Source of the DNA: Ranitomeya imitator
Lineage: Eukaryota
NCBI RefSeq assembly: GCF_032444005.1
Contig: NC_091284.1
Span: forward strand, 542,872,001-542,936,000
Reading direction: 5' to 3'
Length of the DNA: 64,000 bases
Below, one piece after another: positions 23,501-35,399 of this stretch (its first letter is position 1; each line of letters opens with the position of its first letter). The notes under the pieces are model-generated. The model was given only the letters and a program-made list of their open reading frames with translations. It was not told the origin of the DNA and did not search any database. A program made the position numbers and the translations under genes.

Positions 23501-26292
23501 GGTTTAGCCAGAGGTCCAATGATATCGACAGCTACTCTTTAAAAGGGTTCTTCTATTATAGGGAGCGGTTGTAGGGGTGCCTTTGGGTGATCTCTGGGTC
23601 GCCCTCTACGCTGACATATGTCACAAGTTCGGCAGAAATGCGCTACGGCTTGAGAAATCCCCAGCCAATAGAAAGTTTGAGTCAATCGTCTCTCCGTGCG
23701 AGTTTTGCCTTGATGGCCAGCCGTAGGAATGTCATGAGCAAGGTGTAATAGGGAAATTCTGTACTTCTGAGGAACAATCAGCTGTTTGCTATAAGTCCAG
23801 GGCTTATCTAGGGTGTCGGCATTGGTAACCCGATATAGAAGTCCATTTTCTCTGATAATTCTTTCCCCGTTCTCCCCTAGCTGCCCTATCTCAGCTTGAG
23901 CTCTAAAACTAGCAAGGGTGGGGTCAGTCTCTACCTCTTGTCTAAACTGAACTTTATCCCAAGTAACATTCATATTATCCCCACAAGAAGAATCACTCAC
24001 CGGCTGTGCCGGCGGTTCTGGTGGCCTCATTTCCATGGATGGGTTGTAAACGTCCACATCCGCTGCTCTCTTGGCTTGACTTCTGGTTACCGCACCGACA
24101 AAGTGGCAGTGAAGAGTTCCCACATCATTTCCTAGAAGAACATCTGTAGGGACTGAATCCAGCTCTTCTCCTGGTGAGGGGGTTTGTAGATAATAAACAG
24201 GCAAAGGCGGTCTGTAGCTGTTCTGCCTCCGAACACCTGGACATTGGAATTGCAGATGCCCAGGCTGCCCACATCCATAACATCTGCGCTCTGGGATTCT
24301 TCCTCCACGTCGTATTCCCAAAGGTGGAGCAGGAGTAGTGCGAGGCACAGTCACACGGGGGTCACCATGAGTTGATGGTCTAGTGGGATGGCGAATATTG
24401 GAGGCCGAGGGACCAGGGGCCGCCAGCGTTTGGGGGCTGGTAGTTTTTTTCTCACTGAGTAGTAGTTTTTTCCACTGAGGCTTGATGGTGAAAGCCTCAT
24501 CAGCTAGAGCTGCAGCTTCCCCCACAGTGGCTGGTCTCCTTTCACGCACCCATTCCCGGATCTCAGCAGGGCACTTGAAGTAAAACTGCTTTTTTAGGGT
24601 AACCTGGAGGAAGGTCTCCCAGGTTAAGGCCCCCTCTGCCTCCAGCCAGCGATGACATATTTGCTTCAGTCTGTGGGCATACATCTTGAAAGACACTTCC
24701 TCATCACAGGCTAAAGTACGGAACTGAGTCCTGTAAGTGTCTGAGGTAACAGCATAATGTTCTAGAATAGTCCGTTTAATCTCCGCATACTCACAGTTAC
24801 CCTGAGGGTCCATAGCTCTATAGGCTGCGGCAGCTCCACCCTCTAAGAGCCCCACCAGATGTCGGACTCGCTCCCTCTCCGGGACTTCCATTAATCAACA
24901 CTGATGCTCAAAGTCCTGGAAGAAGCCCTCAATGTCGCCTGCAGCCTCATTAAAGGGCTTGAAGTCTTTGCGGGACACTCTGGGGAGTTCCCTCATGGTG
25001 GGTGCTGGGGTTACAGTCTGTCTGGAGTTTCTAGCTGCTTCCAAAGCGATCTGCCTCTCAAGCAATGCCAACTCCTGAGCTCTGTCCTCGGCTCTGTGAA
25101 TGGCCTCCCTCTCCTCGGCTCTGTGAATGGCCTCCCTCTCCCTCTCCTGAGCTCTGTGAATGGCCTCCCTCTTATCGTCTATGGTGGCCTCTTCTCCCAG
25201 CAATGCCAACTCCTCCTCGTACCACACAACCCACTGACTTTTTTGGGTATTTACCTCTAGCTGCAGTCTTTCCTCCATTTGCTGTGAGGATCCTTCCTCA
25301 GCGTCATCTTGCAGGAGAACTCCTTCCAAAGCCTCAATAAGCTGCTCCTTGGAGAGTCCCTTGTAGCTGACTCCCAGTTCACGGGCCTTTGTTTGTAGGT
25401 TCATCGCAGTCCAGTTCTTGTACTCTGCGGTGCTGGTTCCCGATGTTGATGGGCCTTTGTCCTCCATTCCTTCTGCTCTGATCCCACTGCTGCCACCAGT
25501 TTGTGACGGGGTGTACGGCAGAGCAAGAAGGGACAACAGGCCAAGGGATGATTCTACAGATTTATTATCAAGAACGCTGGAACAACACATGCAGGTAGAT
25601 CTACAGAGTCCACAATTAGTCCAACGGAACATATTCAGGGGCACCTCCCGATAATCCTTGTGCCAGGTAACAAAGCAATAGTCCACAATTAGTCCAAGGG
25701 ATCATATTCGGGGGCACCTCCCGATAATCCTTGTGCCAGGTAACAAAGCAATAGTCCACAATTTATCCAAGGGATCCCAAAACAATCCCACGAATGACGA
25801 GATATGTCCTCAGCTCAAGTCTCGCCCCGTTCGCTTCCGCAGTCACAGCTGGACGTGGGGTCTTGCCTCAGCTAAGAGTCCCCACTCCTCCTTCAAGGAT
25901 CAACTCACATCTGATCTCAAAATAAGAATGGATTGTCTGAGCTCCTGGGATCCGCCAATGAAGGGGGGTAGGGGTCACACCTTCTATTCAATGGTTGGGT
26001 CCACCAGAAGATTCTAGACTGGTGGGCTCCAAGTAGTCTATGTAGTATGTACATTTGACTAGCCACCTGCTGTGAGGAAGAATGGCTATTCCTCCACTAG
26101 TGGTGTTGACAAAGCTTAACTACATTATAGCTTAGGGCTGCAAGTATTGGGGGAAGGAGACATATTGTTACAGGTGAACTCCCAGCACAAGAAAATACAT
26201 AAATTACAGCTAATAGAAACCAGAGAACAGTTACATACATCAAATGGCATATTATTCAAATACAGGACAGGGCAAAAGTACATATCATGACA
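20552..26292 (-). mobile_element. Gmr1-type Gypsy LTR retrotransposon (integrase before RT), defective
   Basis: LTRs 20552-21415 and 25502-26292 (TG...CA); PPT at 21416-21430; PBS 25481-25498 matches 17/18 nt of the tRNA-Leu(AAG/TAG) 3' end; imperfect 5-bp TSD GACGT/AACGT. Confidence 0.93.
21499..25467 (-). pseudogene. Single-frame gag-pol of the Gmr1 element with four in-frame stops and two apparent in-frame deletions
   Basis: All ORF pieces share one frame (stops at 24895, 23539, 22588, 21598). Order: gag (SAP/HeH-like N-terminus, SCAN-like capsid, CYGCGQPGHLQFQC), protease remnant DVLLGND, IN (HHCC; SDQG; QTNGLCE), RT (YLDD), RNase H (TDAS). Confidence 0.88.
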
Positions 26293-26875
26293 AACGTGGT
26301 TAATAAAATTATCTGATTTAAAAAAAAAGGATGCTATGCGAGAAGGACCTGCCATGACGTCACGGTCATGTGACCGCGACGTCATCACAGGTCCTGCGCT
26401 CATACCAACCCTGGGACCGGAAGCTGCCGCGTGCACCGTACACAGGCTACTGGACTACAAGGGGCCCTCGGAAGGTGAGTATATGTTTATTTTTTATTTT
26501 AAGTCTTTTTTAACCTATTACATACATGGCTGGGCAATAAACTACGTGACTGGCCAATATACTACGTGACTGGCCAGTATACTACGTGTCTGTGCTGTAT
26601 ACTACGTGGCTCTGTGCTGTATACTACGTCGCTGTGCAATATACTATGTGGCTGGGCAATATACTACGTGGCTGGGCAATACAGTAGGTGACTGGGCAAT
26701 ATACTACGTGGCTGGGCAATATACTACGTGGCTGGGCAATATACTACGTGGTTGGGCAATATACTACGTGGCTGGGCAATATACTACGTGGGCTGTGCAA
26801 TATACTACGTGGACATGCATATTCTAGAATACCCGATGCGTTAGAATCGGGCCACCATCTAGTCTATTACATATT

Positions 26876-26879
26876 TATG

Positions 26880-26929
<50 letters not shown>

Positions 26930-26997
26930 ACATATCTATCTATCTATCAATCTCTCTATATCCATCCCTCCTTTCCTCTCATATCTGTCTATCTATT
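26876..26997. repeat. (TCTA)n microsatellite; copy at 35983-36104
   Basis: Seen directly, running into the N run. Confidence 0.95.
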
Positions 26998-28247
26998 NNN
27001 NNNNNNNNNNNNNNNNNNNNNNNNNNNNNNNNNNNNNNNNNNNNNNNNNNNNNNNNNNNNNNNNNNNNNNNNNNNNNNNNNNNNNNNNNNNNNNNNNNNN
27101 NNNNNNNNNNNNNNNNNNNNNNNNNNNNNNNNNNNNNNNNNNNNNNNNNNNNNNNNNNNNNNNNNNNNNNNNNNNNNNNNNNNCAAGGTTGAAAAAAGCT
27201 TCAGTGTTAGAAGCTGAAGTGCTTCTCTTCCTACTTCATCCTTTGTTCTGAGGTCGATGTATCTGAGCACAGAGCATGTCTCTGTAGATGAGCAGCCATT
27301 GGCCGACCGGCGTTCATCTCAGCATCATCATCCCCCAGCACACAATACGCTCAGCATTCCTGGTGATGAGCTGCAAAAACCCCATGGCTTCTGTGCCCTT
27401 CTTGGAAGAATTGTCCTCCACCCTGTAATTTGTGCCTGGTTTAAGGATGGCAGCGGTGAGCCAGTCTCAGCCCCTGCGCCAGCCCTGCCTCTACCACTCC
27501 AGTAGCAAAGGTAGATCATCTGCTAATTCAGCATTTTGCCTTTTCTGCATTTCATGTGTCGTATTGCATCTTTGTTTTGATGGTGCATAATGTTATAATG
27601 TGTAGAACCGTGATATACCCAGAAACGGTAAAGATTGCCATAGAAGTATACACTAGATTTAGTAACACAGTCGCTTCCTAGCTCTAATTTCTTTCAATGT
27701 GCAAACATATTCTGCGAGCAAGTATCTAATATTGACCATTTCACACGTTGAGGATTTCTTTTGGTACCTGCTATGCAGTTTGTGATTATAATCAATTACG
27801 ATCCCAAAAATGTTCTTGACGTGTCGTGATTTTGTAACTTCTGTAAAGTATGTCTTTATGTGTCGCGTGTTTTAGGCAATATGTGCCCATGAAGAACTAG
27901 CCTAGATGTGACTATACCCTAATTCTGAAAATTGGAGATATTCTGCTGGCTGTAGTTCTTTATGGCCCGATTCATTTACGTTTTATTTTAGTTACTTTTT
28001 TCTTTTTCTGATATTTATTGCTCTTTTTGTTGGCTTAAGAATCTTATCCAAAAAATGATCTTTGTTTTCTTTTTGCTTTTTGCTTATTTTTAGAGTAAAA
28101 AATGGCATGATGCTTTAACATACTATATATTCATCTTCAAATGTAAAAGCAAAACATTGCAACATTTCCAAAAGTAACAAATAATGAATTAGTCTAAAAC
28201 ATCTGGATAAGGAAAACAATAACACAGGCACAATAACATAAAGTTAA

Positions 28248-28552
28248 AGGGGCTGTTTGGGGAAAAACATTATCACCTATTCACAGGACAGGTGATGACT
28301 TATTATTTTGTGGGGGTCCAACCGCTAGGACCTGCACTGACTGGCAAAATGGGGAACTCCTGTCCCTGTAAGAATGTGCGAGCTGCACTCTATTCATTCT
28401 CTATGGGCGGCTGAGCAATGGTCATCCGGCCTGCTGCTCCATTTTATAACTGTGATAAAAGTTCCCCATGATGAAAATCAATCTGGGTGTCCGTGGTTGG
28501 AACCTCGTGATCTGTAAGTTAAAGTGATAACTTGTCTTCACTGGGCGATTCC
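28248..28552. mobile_element. TTAA-flanked T2/Kolobok-like MITE; copy at 37355-37659
   Basis: TTAA|AGGGGCTGT start and ...CC|TTAA end, with degenerate internal symmetry. Confidence 0.5.
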
Positions 28553-29847
28553 TTAAAACTTAAAAAAACAAAGCAAATAATGAATAAGGTGCAAATAAAA
28601 AAAAGTCACTATAAGGCTACTGTCCCACCAGCGTATCAAGAATTGGTCCTATTCTCATCCAAATAAATGGTATTATTTTTTTCTCACGTGTCATCTATCG
28701 GCGGTCCTGTTTTTACTCAGCAGCTATTAATCTTTTACAGGACCATTTATAGTTTCCTGTTACAGAATTGTAATGTGTCAGTAAAAAATAAATCAGATGG
28801 CACTCTGATGGTCCGTATGGGATGTGATTGTTTTCTCACACCCAGCAGATATCGGAGTGAAATTGCAGCAGGTTGCGATTTTCCTCTAGTCACCTTCCAC
28901 GATGGCATACAGAGGTTGCCTCTTTGCCCTGATGGGGAACAGGAAATGTGGAGAGGTTAAAAGGCCCTCCCTCCTTCCACTCGTCAGTGTCTTTCCAGTT
29001 CCCCATGGGACAGAGAGAGTTTCGTGTGCTGTGATGGCTGGTGACTACAGTACCCTGTTAGGCTTTTGCCTTCTCTATAGCCGGGCTGTTGTGAATTCTG
29101 TTGTCGAACTCCCTCCTGTGGTCGTGAATGGTACTTCGGCGAGTTCTGTCCATGGACTCCCTCTGGTGGCTGTGAGTGAAGCTGCTGCTTCTGAGGTTCC
29201 TTACACAGGTGACGTGGTTTATCCTTTGGTTGGCTGCTCTATTTAACTTCACTCAGATCGTTACTCCATGCCAGCTGTCAATGTTCCTGCATTGGTTCAG
29301 TTCGCTCTTGGATCTTTCTGATGACCTGTCTTCTCCAGCAGAAGCTAAGTTCCTGATAGTTATTATTTGTTCATTGTTTCCTTGTCCAGCTGGTTATCAT
29401 GATTTTGTCTTACTAGCTGGAAGCTCTGGGATGCAGAGTGGCATCTCCGCACCGTTAGTCGGTGCGGAGGTCTTTTTGCACACTCTGCGTGGTCTTTTGT
29501 AGTTTTTTTGTGCTGACCGCAAAGATACCTTTCCTATCCTCTGTCTGTTTAGTAAGTCTGGCCTCCCTTTGCTGAAACCTGTTTCATTTCTGCGTTTGTG
29601 ACTTTCATCTTTACTCACAGTCAATATATGTGGGGGGCTGCCTTTTCCTTTGGGGAATTTCTCTGAGGCAAGGTAAGCTTTATTTTCTATCTCTAGGGCT
29701 AGCTAGCTCTTAGGCTGTGAAGAGGCATCTAGGGAGAGTCAGGAACGCTCCACGGCTATTTCTAGTTGTTGTGATGGGATTAGGGGTTGCGGTCAGCAGA
29801 GCTCCCACATCTCAGAGCTTGTCCTGTGTCAGTTTAACTATCAGGTT

Positions 29848-31447
29848 AGTCCTGGAAAGCAGAAAAATATGCGGCACTCACCCAGTAGAAGCTGTATTTA
29901 CGTGCTCTTTATTGGAACAAAGAATGTGAATACATCCATTCAAGACATCAGGTGGAGCGGAGGGTGCAGTGATGGAGGCTGGACGACGGCCGTTTCGCAA
30001 CTAAATGTGCTTCAACGGGTCCACATACCAGGTTACCAACGTCATATCCTTTTATAGGTTTTCTGACATATATAGTAACATCAATTCACGGTGCTATTGT
30101 GAAACATGACTATAACAGTGAACGTGCAAACAGATAACACTAGTAACCACTTTACAGATTGTAACAGAATGTTATAACAAAATATCAAAACAAAATATTA
30201 AATTAGCACTATGTCACATAATTTTTAATGTTCACTATAGGAACACTGACATATCTAATTTGTCATTTAGTCCGATTGGACCCTGTGCATTGGCATTTAA
30301 AATCCATTTGGCTTCTTTTTGTAAGAGTAACCTATTCTGATCTCCTCCCGAGGCTGGGTATTTAACTATTTCTAAGCCAGCAAAATTTAATAGATTTGGA
30401 TTTGCATTGTGGACTTCTCTCATATGATGAATTAATCTTAGGCAGCCTTTGCCCGTTGAAATAGAGTTATAATGTTCTTTAAACCTTACTGTTAACGGTC
30501 TTATAGTTTTACCGATATAGAAATTTCGGCACGGGCACAGCAGAATATATACAACAAACTTGCTTTTACAAGAAATAAAATCTTTTATACTGTGAGTAAT
30601 TGAACCTATTTGAATAGGGCTCTGAGTAATGTGCAAATGGCAAAACCGGCAATTGCCGCATCTATGATTCCCTATAGGCGCGTTTTTAATTAGCCAACAA
30701 CTTCTCGGTGTTAGGATTTTATTATGGACAATCAAATCTGATAGATTATGAGCTCGCCTATAGGCAAATTTTGGAGGATTTAGATGTATCGACGCCAGAT
30801 CTTTATCGGATTGAAGCACGTGCCAATTTTTACGAATAGAGGTATGTATAATATTATCCATATTGCTATGCTTGAAACAAAAACTGAAACTGTCTATATC
30901 TCGTTTAGATGACCCATTTTTAATTTGTCTCTTTCTCAAATAATCATTTTGAGAGCATTTATTAATGCGGTTCTCAGCTTCTCTTAGAATATTGTACGGA
31001 TAACCTCTTTTTGTGAAGCGTGTCTTAAGTTCACCAATCTGCTCATTGAATATGATATTATTATTATTTATTTTTCGTAGTCTAACCATTTGACTAAATG
31101 GTAATCCTCTTTTTGTGTGACTCGGGTGATCGCTATCGAAATGTAGCAAATTATTGGTCGCAGTTTCCTTTCTGAACACCTTAGTTATTATTTCTCCCTC
31201 AATGATTTCTATTTTTACATCCAGATATTCGAGACTATTAACTCCAAAACTAGATGTAAACTTCATATTCTCTGTATTTGAAACATTTAGATATTCTACG
31301 AAGGAGAATCTCATTGATTTTTATGCAGTGCACCTATATACCCATAGCTTGCGTGACGCCTAGTTGTCAGAAGTTGCGAAGTCCATAGGTCTGTGCAGCG
31401 TTATACTCTTGAGTGCCATCCAAATGCTTTTCTTCTTTGTTTTGTAA
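29848..31447 (-). mobile_element. 5'-truncated Penelope-like element inside the solo LTR (ORF 30235-31314); copy at 38955-40554 (ORF 39342-40421)
   Basis: RT C-terminus (EYLDV, VFRKETATNNLLHFDSDHP) plus GIY-YIG (VVYILLCPCRNFYIGKT..RFKEH); 14-bp TSD TTAACTATCAGGTT (29834-29847, 31448-31461). Confidence 0.9.
29980..30023 (-). ncRNA. Minimal type-I hammerhead ribozyme with variant core; copy at 39087-39130
   Basis: Minus strand: TGGAC-CCGTTGA-A-GCA catttagt TGC-GAAA-CGGCCG-TC-GTCCA, with a 5-bp stem I, palindromic stem III ACGGCCGT and a GUC site. Confidence 0.7.
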
Positions 31448-31647
31448 TTAACTATCAGGTTGTGCCGGGTGCTCCTATCCACCAGGTCCATAACACCGGG
31501 CAGCATAAGGATGTGTCTCAGCTCCCCTTCTTACTGCTCCCGTCGTACCGCCTGCGGTGTCCTCGGGACCTTCTCCTGGCTTTCCTGCACCCCTCAAGGG
31601 TAAAACAGGCCAGTGATCCCAATCGGAGTCCTCCCTGAGCTCTCCGT

Positions 31648-34600
31648 TCAATACGGGGCATTGGGTAAGGATCACTGACGGTATGGTTGTTTAGTCATCG
31701 ATAGTCCACACAAAACCGAGTACTCCCATCCTTCTTGGGTACTAACACCACAGGAGAGGCCCAAGGGCTATGGGAGACCTGGATTACCCCAAGCTGTAAC
31801 ATCTCCAGTTCGTGCTGCATGGTGTGTCGAAATGATTCAGGTACCCGGTAAGGAGCCTGTTGTATGGGACGGATACCCTGAGTGTCCACATGATGTTGGG
31901 TGACGGTGGTTCGACCTGGTTGGGATGAGAAAGCAGCCCGTCTCTGTTGAAGCACTCCCAGCATCTGGTTTTTCTGTAAGGAATCCAAGTGATCTCCCAG
32001 ACGAACATGTTCCACAGTGGATGGGGCTCTCGCTGCTTCCACGAGATCAGGTAGGGAGTCCTCATCCTCTTGACCGTCTTCTGAAGCCAGCCGACAGGTT
32101 GCTATCATTGGAATGTTTCGGTCATGGTACTCCTTAATCATATTCACATGGACAGTCTTTTGTCTTAGTCCCTGATCATCTAGAGCAAGAAGATAATTGG
32201 TATCATTTAGTTTTCTGAGAACCCGGAAGGGACCCTCCCATGTGGTCTGCAGTTTATTCTGCCGATGGGGTAGGTACTTCTCCCAGTCTGAATCTCTGTC
32301 AGTGAAGGCCCTTAGCATATTCTTCAGCGTGCCATTGAATCGTTCACAAAGTCCATTTGTTTGGGGATGATACGGGGTCGTTCGGATCGCTCGTACCCCA
32401 CAAGTGCGCCACAGGCACTGGACCAGCTCTGACATGAACTGGAAGCCTTGGTCTGAAAAGATCTCACTGGGGAATCCTACTCTGGTAAAAATGGTAACTA
32501 AGGCCTCGGCCACCTTGGCTGCAGAAATACTTGACAAGGCCACCGCTTCTGGATATCGGGTGGCATAATCCACAACAGTGAGAATGTACTGCTTTCCAGA
32601 TTTACTTGGTTTAGCCAGAGGTCCAATGATATCGACAGCTACTCTTTAAAAGGGTTCTTCTATTATAGGGAGCGGTTGTAGGGGTGCCTTTGGGTGATCT
32701 CTGGGTCGCCCTCTACGCTGACATATGTCACAAGTTCGGCAGAAATGCGCTACGGCTTGAGAAATCCCCAGCCAATAGAAAGTTTGAGTCAATCGTCTCT
32801 CCGTGCGAGTTTTGCCTTGATGGCCAGCCGTAGGAATGTCATGAGCAAGGTGTAATAGGGAAATTCTGTACTTCTGAGGAACAATCAGCTGTTTGCTATA
32901 AGTCCAGGGCTTATCTAGGGTGTCGGCATTGGTAACCCGATATAGAAGTCCATTTTCTCTGATAATTCTTTCCCCGTTCTCCCCTAGCTGCCCTATCTCA
33001 GCTTGAGCTCTAAAACTAGCAAGGGTGGGGTCAGTCTCTACCTCTTGTCTAAACTGAACTTTATCCCAAGTAACATTCATATTATCCCCACAAGAAGAAT
33101 CACTCACCGGCTGTGCCGGCGGTTCTGGTGGCCTCATTTCCATGGATGGGTTGTAAACGTCCACATCCGCTGCTCTCTTGGCTTGACTTCTGGTTACCGC
33201 ACCGACAAAGTGGCAGTGAAGAGTTCCCACATCATTTCCTAGAAGAACATCTGTAGGGACTGAATCCAGCTCTTCTCCTGGTGAGGGGGTTTGTAGATAA
33301 TAAACAGGCAAAGGCGGTCTGTAGCTGTTCTGCCTCCGAACACCTGGACATTGGAATTGCAGATGCCCAGGCTGCCCACATCCATAACATCTGCGCTCTG
33401 GGATTCTTCCTCCACGTCGTATTCCCAAAGGTGGAGCAGGAGTAGTGCGAGGCACAGTCACACGGGGGTCACCATGAGTTGATGGTCTAGTGGGATGGCG
33501 AATATTGGAGGCCGAGGGACCAGGGGCCGCCAGCGTTTGGGGGCTGGTAGTTTTTTTCTCACTGAGTAGTAGTTTTTTCCACTGAGGCTTGATGGTGAAA
33601 GCCTCATCAGCTAGAGCTGCAGCTTCCCCCACAGTGGCTGGTCTCCTTTCACGCACCCATTCCCGGATCTCAGCAGGGCACTTGAAGTAAAACTGCTTTT
33701 TTAGGGTAACCTGGAGGAAGGTCTCCCAGGTTAAGGCCCCCTCTGCCTCCAGCCAGCGATGACATATTTGCTTCAGTCTGTGGGCATACATCTTGAAAGA
33801 CACTTCCTCATCACAGGCTAAAGTACGGAACTGAGTCCTGTAAGTGTCTGAGGTAACAGCATAATGTTCTAGAATAGTCCGTTTAATCTCCGCATACTCA
33901 CAGTTACCCTGAGGGTCCATAGCTCTATAGGCTGCGGCAGCTCCACCCTCTAAGAGCCCCACCAGATGTCGGACTCGCTCCCTCTCCGGGACTTCCATTA
34001 ATCAACACTGATGCTCAAAGTCCTGGAAGAAGCCCTCAATGTCGCCTGCAGCCTCATTAAAGGGCTTGAAGTCTTTGCGGGACACTCTGGGGAGTTCCCT
34101 CATGGTGGGTGCTGGGGTTACAGTCTGTCTGGAGTTTCTAGCTGCTTCCAAAGCGATCTGCCTCTCAAGCAATGCCAACTCCTGAGCTCTGTCCTCGGCT
34201 CTGTGAATGGCCTCCCTCTCCTCGGCTCTGTGAATGGCCTCCCTCTCCCTCTCCTGAGCTCTGTGAATGGCCTCCCTCTTATCGTCTATGGTGGCCTCTT
34301 CTCCCAGCAATGCCAACTCCTCCTCGTACCACACAACCCACTGACTTTTTTGGGTATTTACCTCTAGCTGCAGTCTTTCCTCCATTTGCTGTGAGGATCC
34401 TTCCTCAGCGTCATCTTGCAGGAGAACTCCTTCCAAAGCCTCAATAAGCTGCTCCTTGGAGAGTCCCTTGTAGCTGACTCCCAGTTCACGGGCCTTTGTT
34501 TGTAGGTTCATCGCAGTCCAGTTCTTGTACTCTGCGGTGCTGGTTCCCGATGTTGATGGGCCTTTGTCCTCCATTCCTTCTGCTCTGATCCCACTGCTGC

Positions 34601-35399
34601 CACCAGTTTGTGACGGGGTGTACGGCAGAGCAAGAAGGGACAACAGGCCAAGGGATGATTCTACAGATTTATTATCAAGAACGCTGGAACAACACATGCA
34701 GGTAGATCTACAGAGTCCACAATTAGTCCAACGGAACATATTCAGGGGCACCTCCCGATAATCCTTGTGCCAGGTAACAAAGCAATAGTCCACAATTAGT
34801 CCAAGGGATCATATTCGGGGGCACCTCCCGATAATCCTTGTGCCAGGTAACAAAGCAATAGTCCACAATTTATCCAAGGGATCCCAAAACAATCCCACGA
34901 ATGACGAGATATGTCCTCAGCTCAAGTCTCGCCCCGTTCGCTTCCGCAGTCACAGCTGGACGTGGGGTCTTGCCTCAGCTAAGAGTCCCCACTCCTCCTT
35001 CAAGGATCAACTCACATCTGATCTCAAAATAAGAATGGATTGTCTGAGCTCCTGGGATCCGCCAATGAAGGGGGGTAGGGGTCACACCTTCTATTCAATG
35101 GTTGGGTCCACCAGAAGATTCTAGACTGGTGGGCTCCAAGTAGTCTATGTAGTATGTACATTTGACTAGCCACCTGCTGTGAGGAAGAATGGCTATTCCT
35201 CCACTAGTGGTGTTGACAAAGCTTAACTACATTATAGCTTAGGGCTGCAAGTATTGGGGGAAGGAGACATATTGTTACAGGTGAACTCCCAGCACAAGAA
35301 AATACATAAATTACAGCTAATAGAAACCAGAGAACAGTTACATACATCAAATGGCATATTATTCAAATACAGGACAGGGCAAAAGTACATATCATGACA
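31648..35399 (-). mobile_element. Duplicated partial Gmr1 element (5' LTR 34609-35399, gag, IN, start of RT)
   Basis: Identical ORFs at offset 9107; truncated in RT at the junction. Confidence 0.93.

Larger units (their letters stand above)
13413..26326 (+). mobile_element. 5'-truncated L1, ~1.3 kb in three pieces: 13413-13743, 19602-20551, 26293-26326
   Basis: ORF2 C-terminus with CCHC motif CPWCSQSQSGILHMLWHC; AATAAA and A-tail at 26302-26328; 16-bp TSD AAGGATGCTATGCGAG (13397-13412, 26327-26342). Confidence 0.88.
12750..26862 (+). mobile_element. Non-autonomous Helitron-like element (outer shell of nest 1; 5' boundary approximate). Own sequence is ~12750-13412 and 26343-26862; the 3' part is duplicated at 35450-35969
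   Basis: 3' end has hairpin CCCGAT/ATCGGG (26832-26851) then CTAG|T (26859-26863). Contains ~33-bp tandem repeats at 12750-13290 and ~20-bp ATATACTACGTGGCTGGGCA repeats at 26540-26812. The two halves are linked by the L1 TSD. Confidence 0.6.
29087..31495 (+). mobile_element. Solo LTR (~795 bp once the insert is removed) within the DIRS 5' region; copy at 38194-40602
   Basis: TGTTGTGAA...ATAACA termini; perfect 6-bp TSD CCGGGC (29081-29086, 31496-31501). Superfamily not determined. Confidence 0.85.
28879..31646 (+). mobile_element. Duplicated 5' portion of the DIRS element, truncated at the duplication junction
   Basis: Same sequence as 37986-40753, which continues into DIRS ORF1. Confidence 0.6.

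Noticed and set aside
25481-25498. tRNA genes at 25481 and 49565
   Set aside because: Only 18-nt matches to tRNA 3' ends next to LTRs, so these are primer binding sites.
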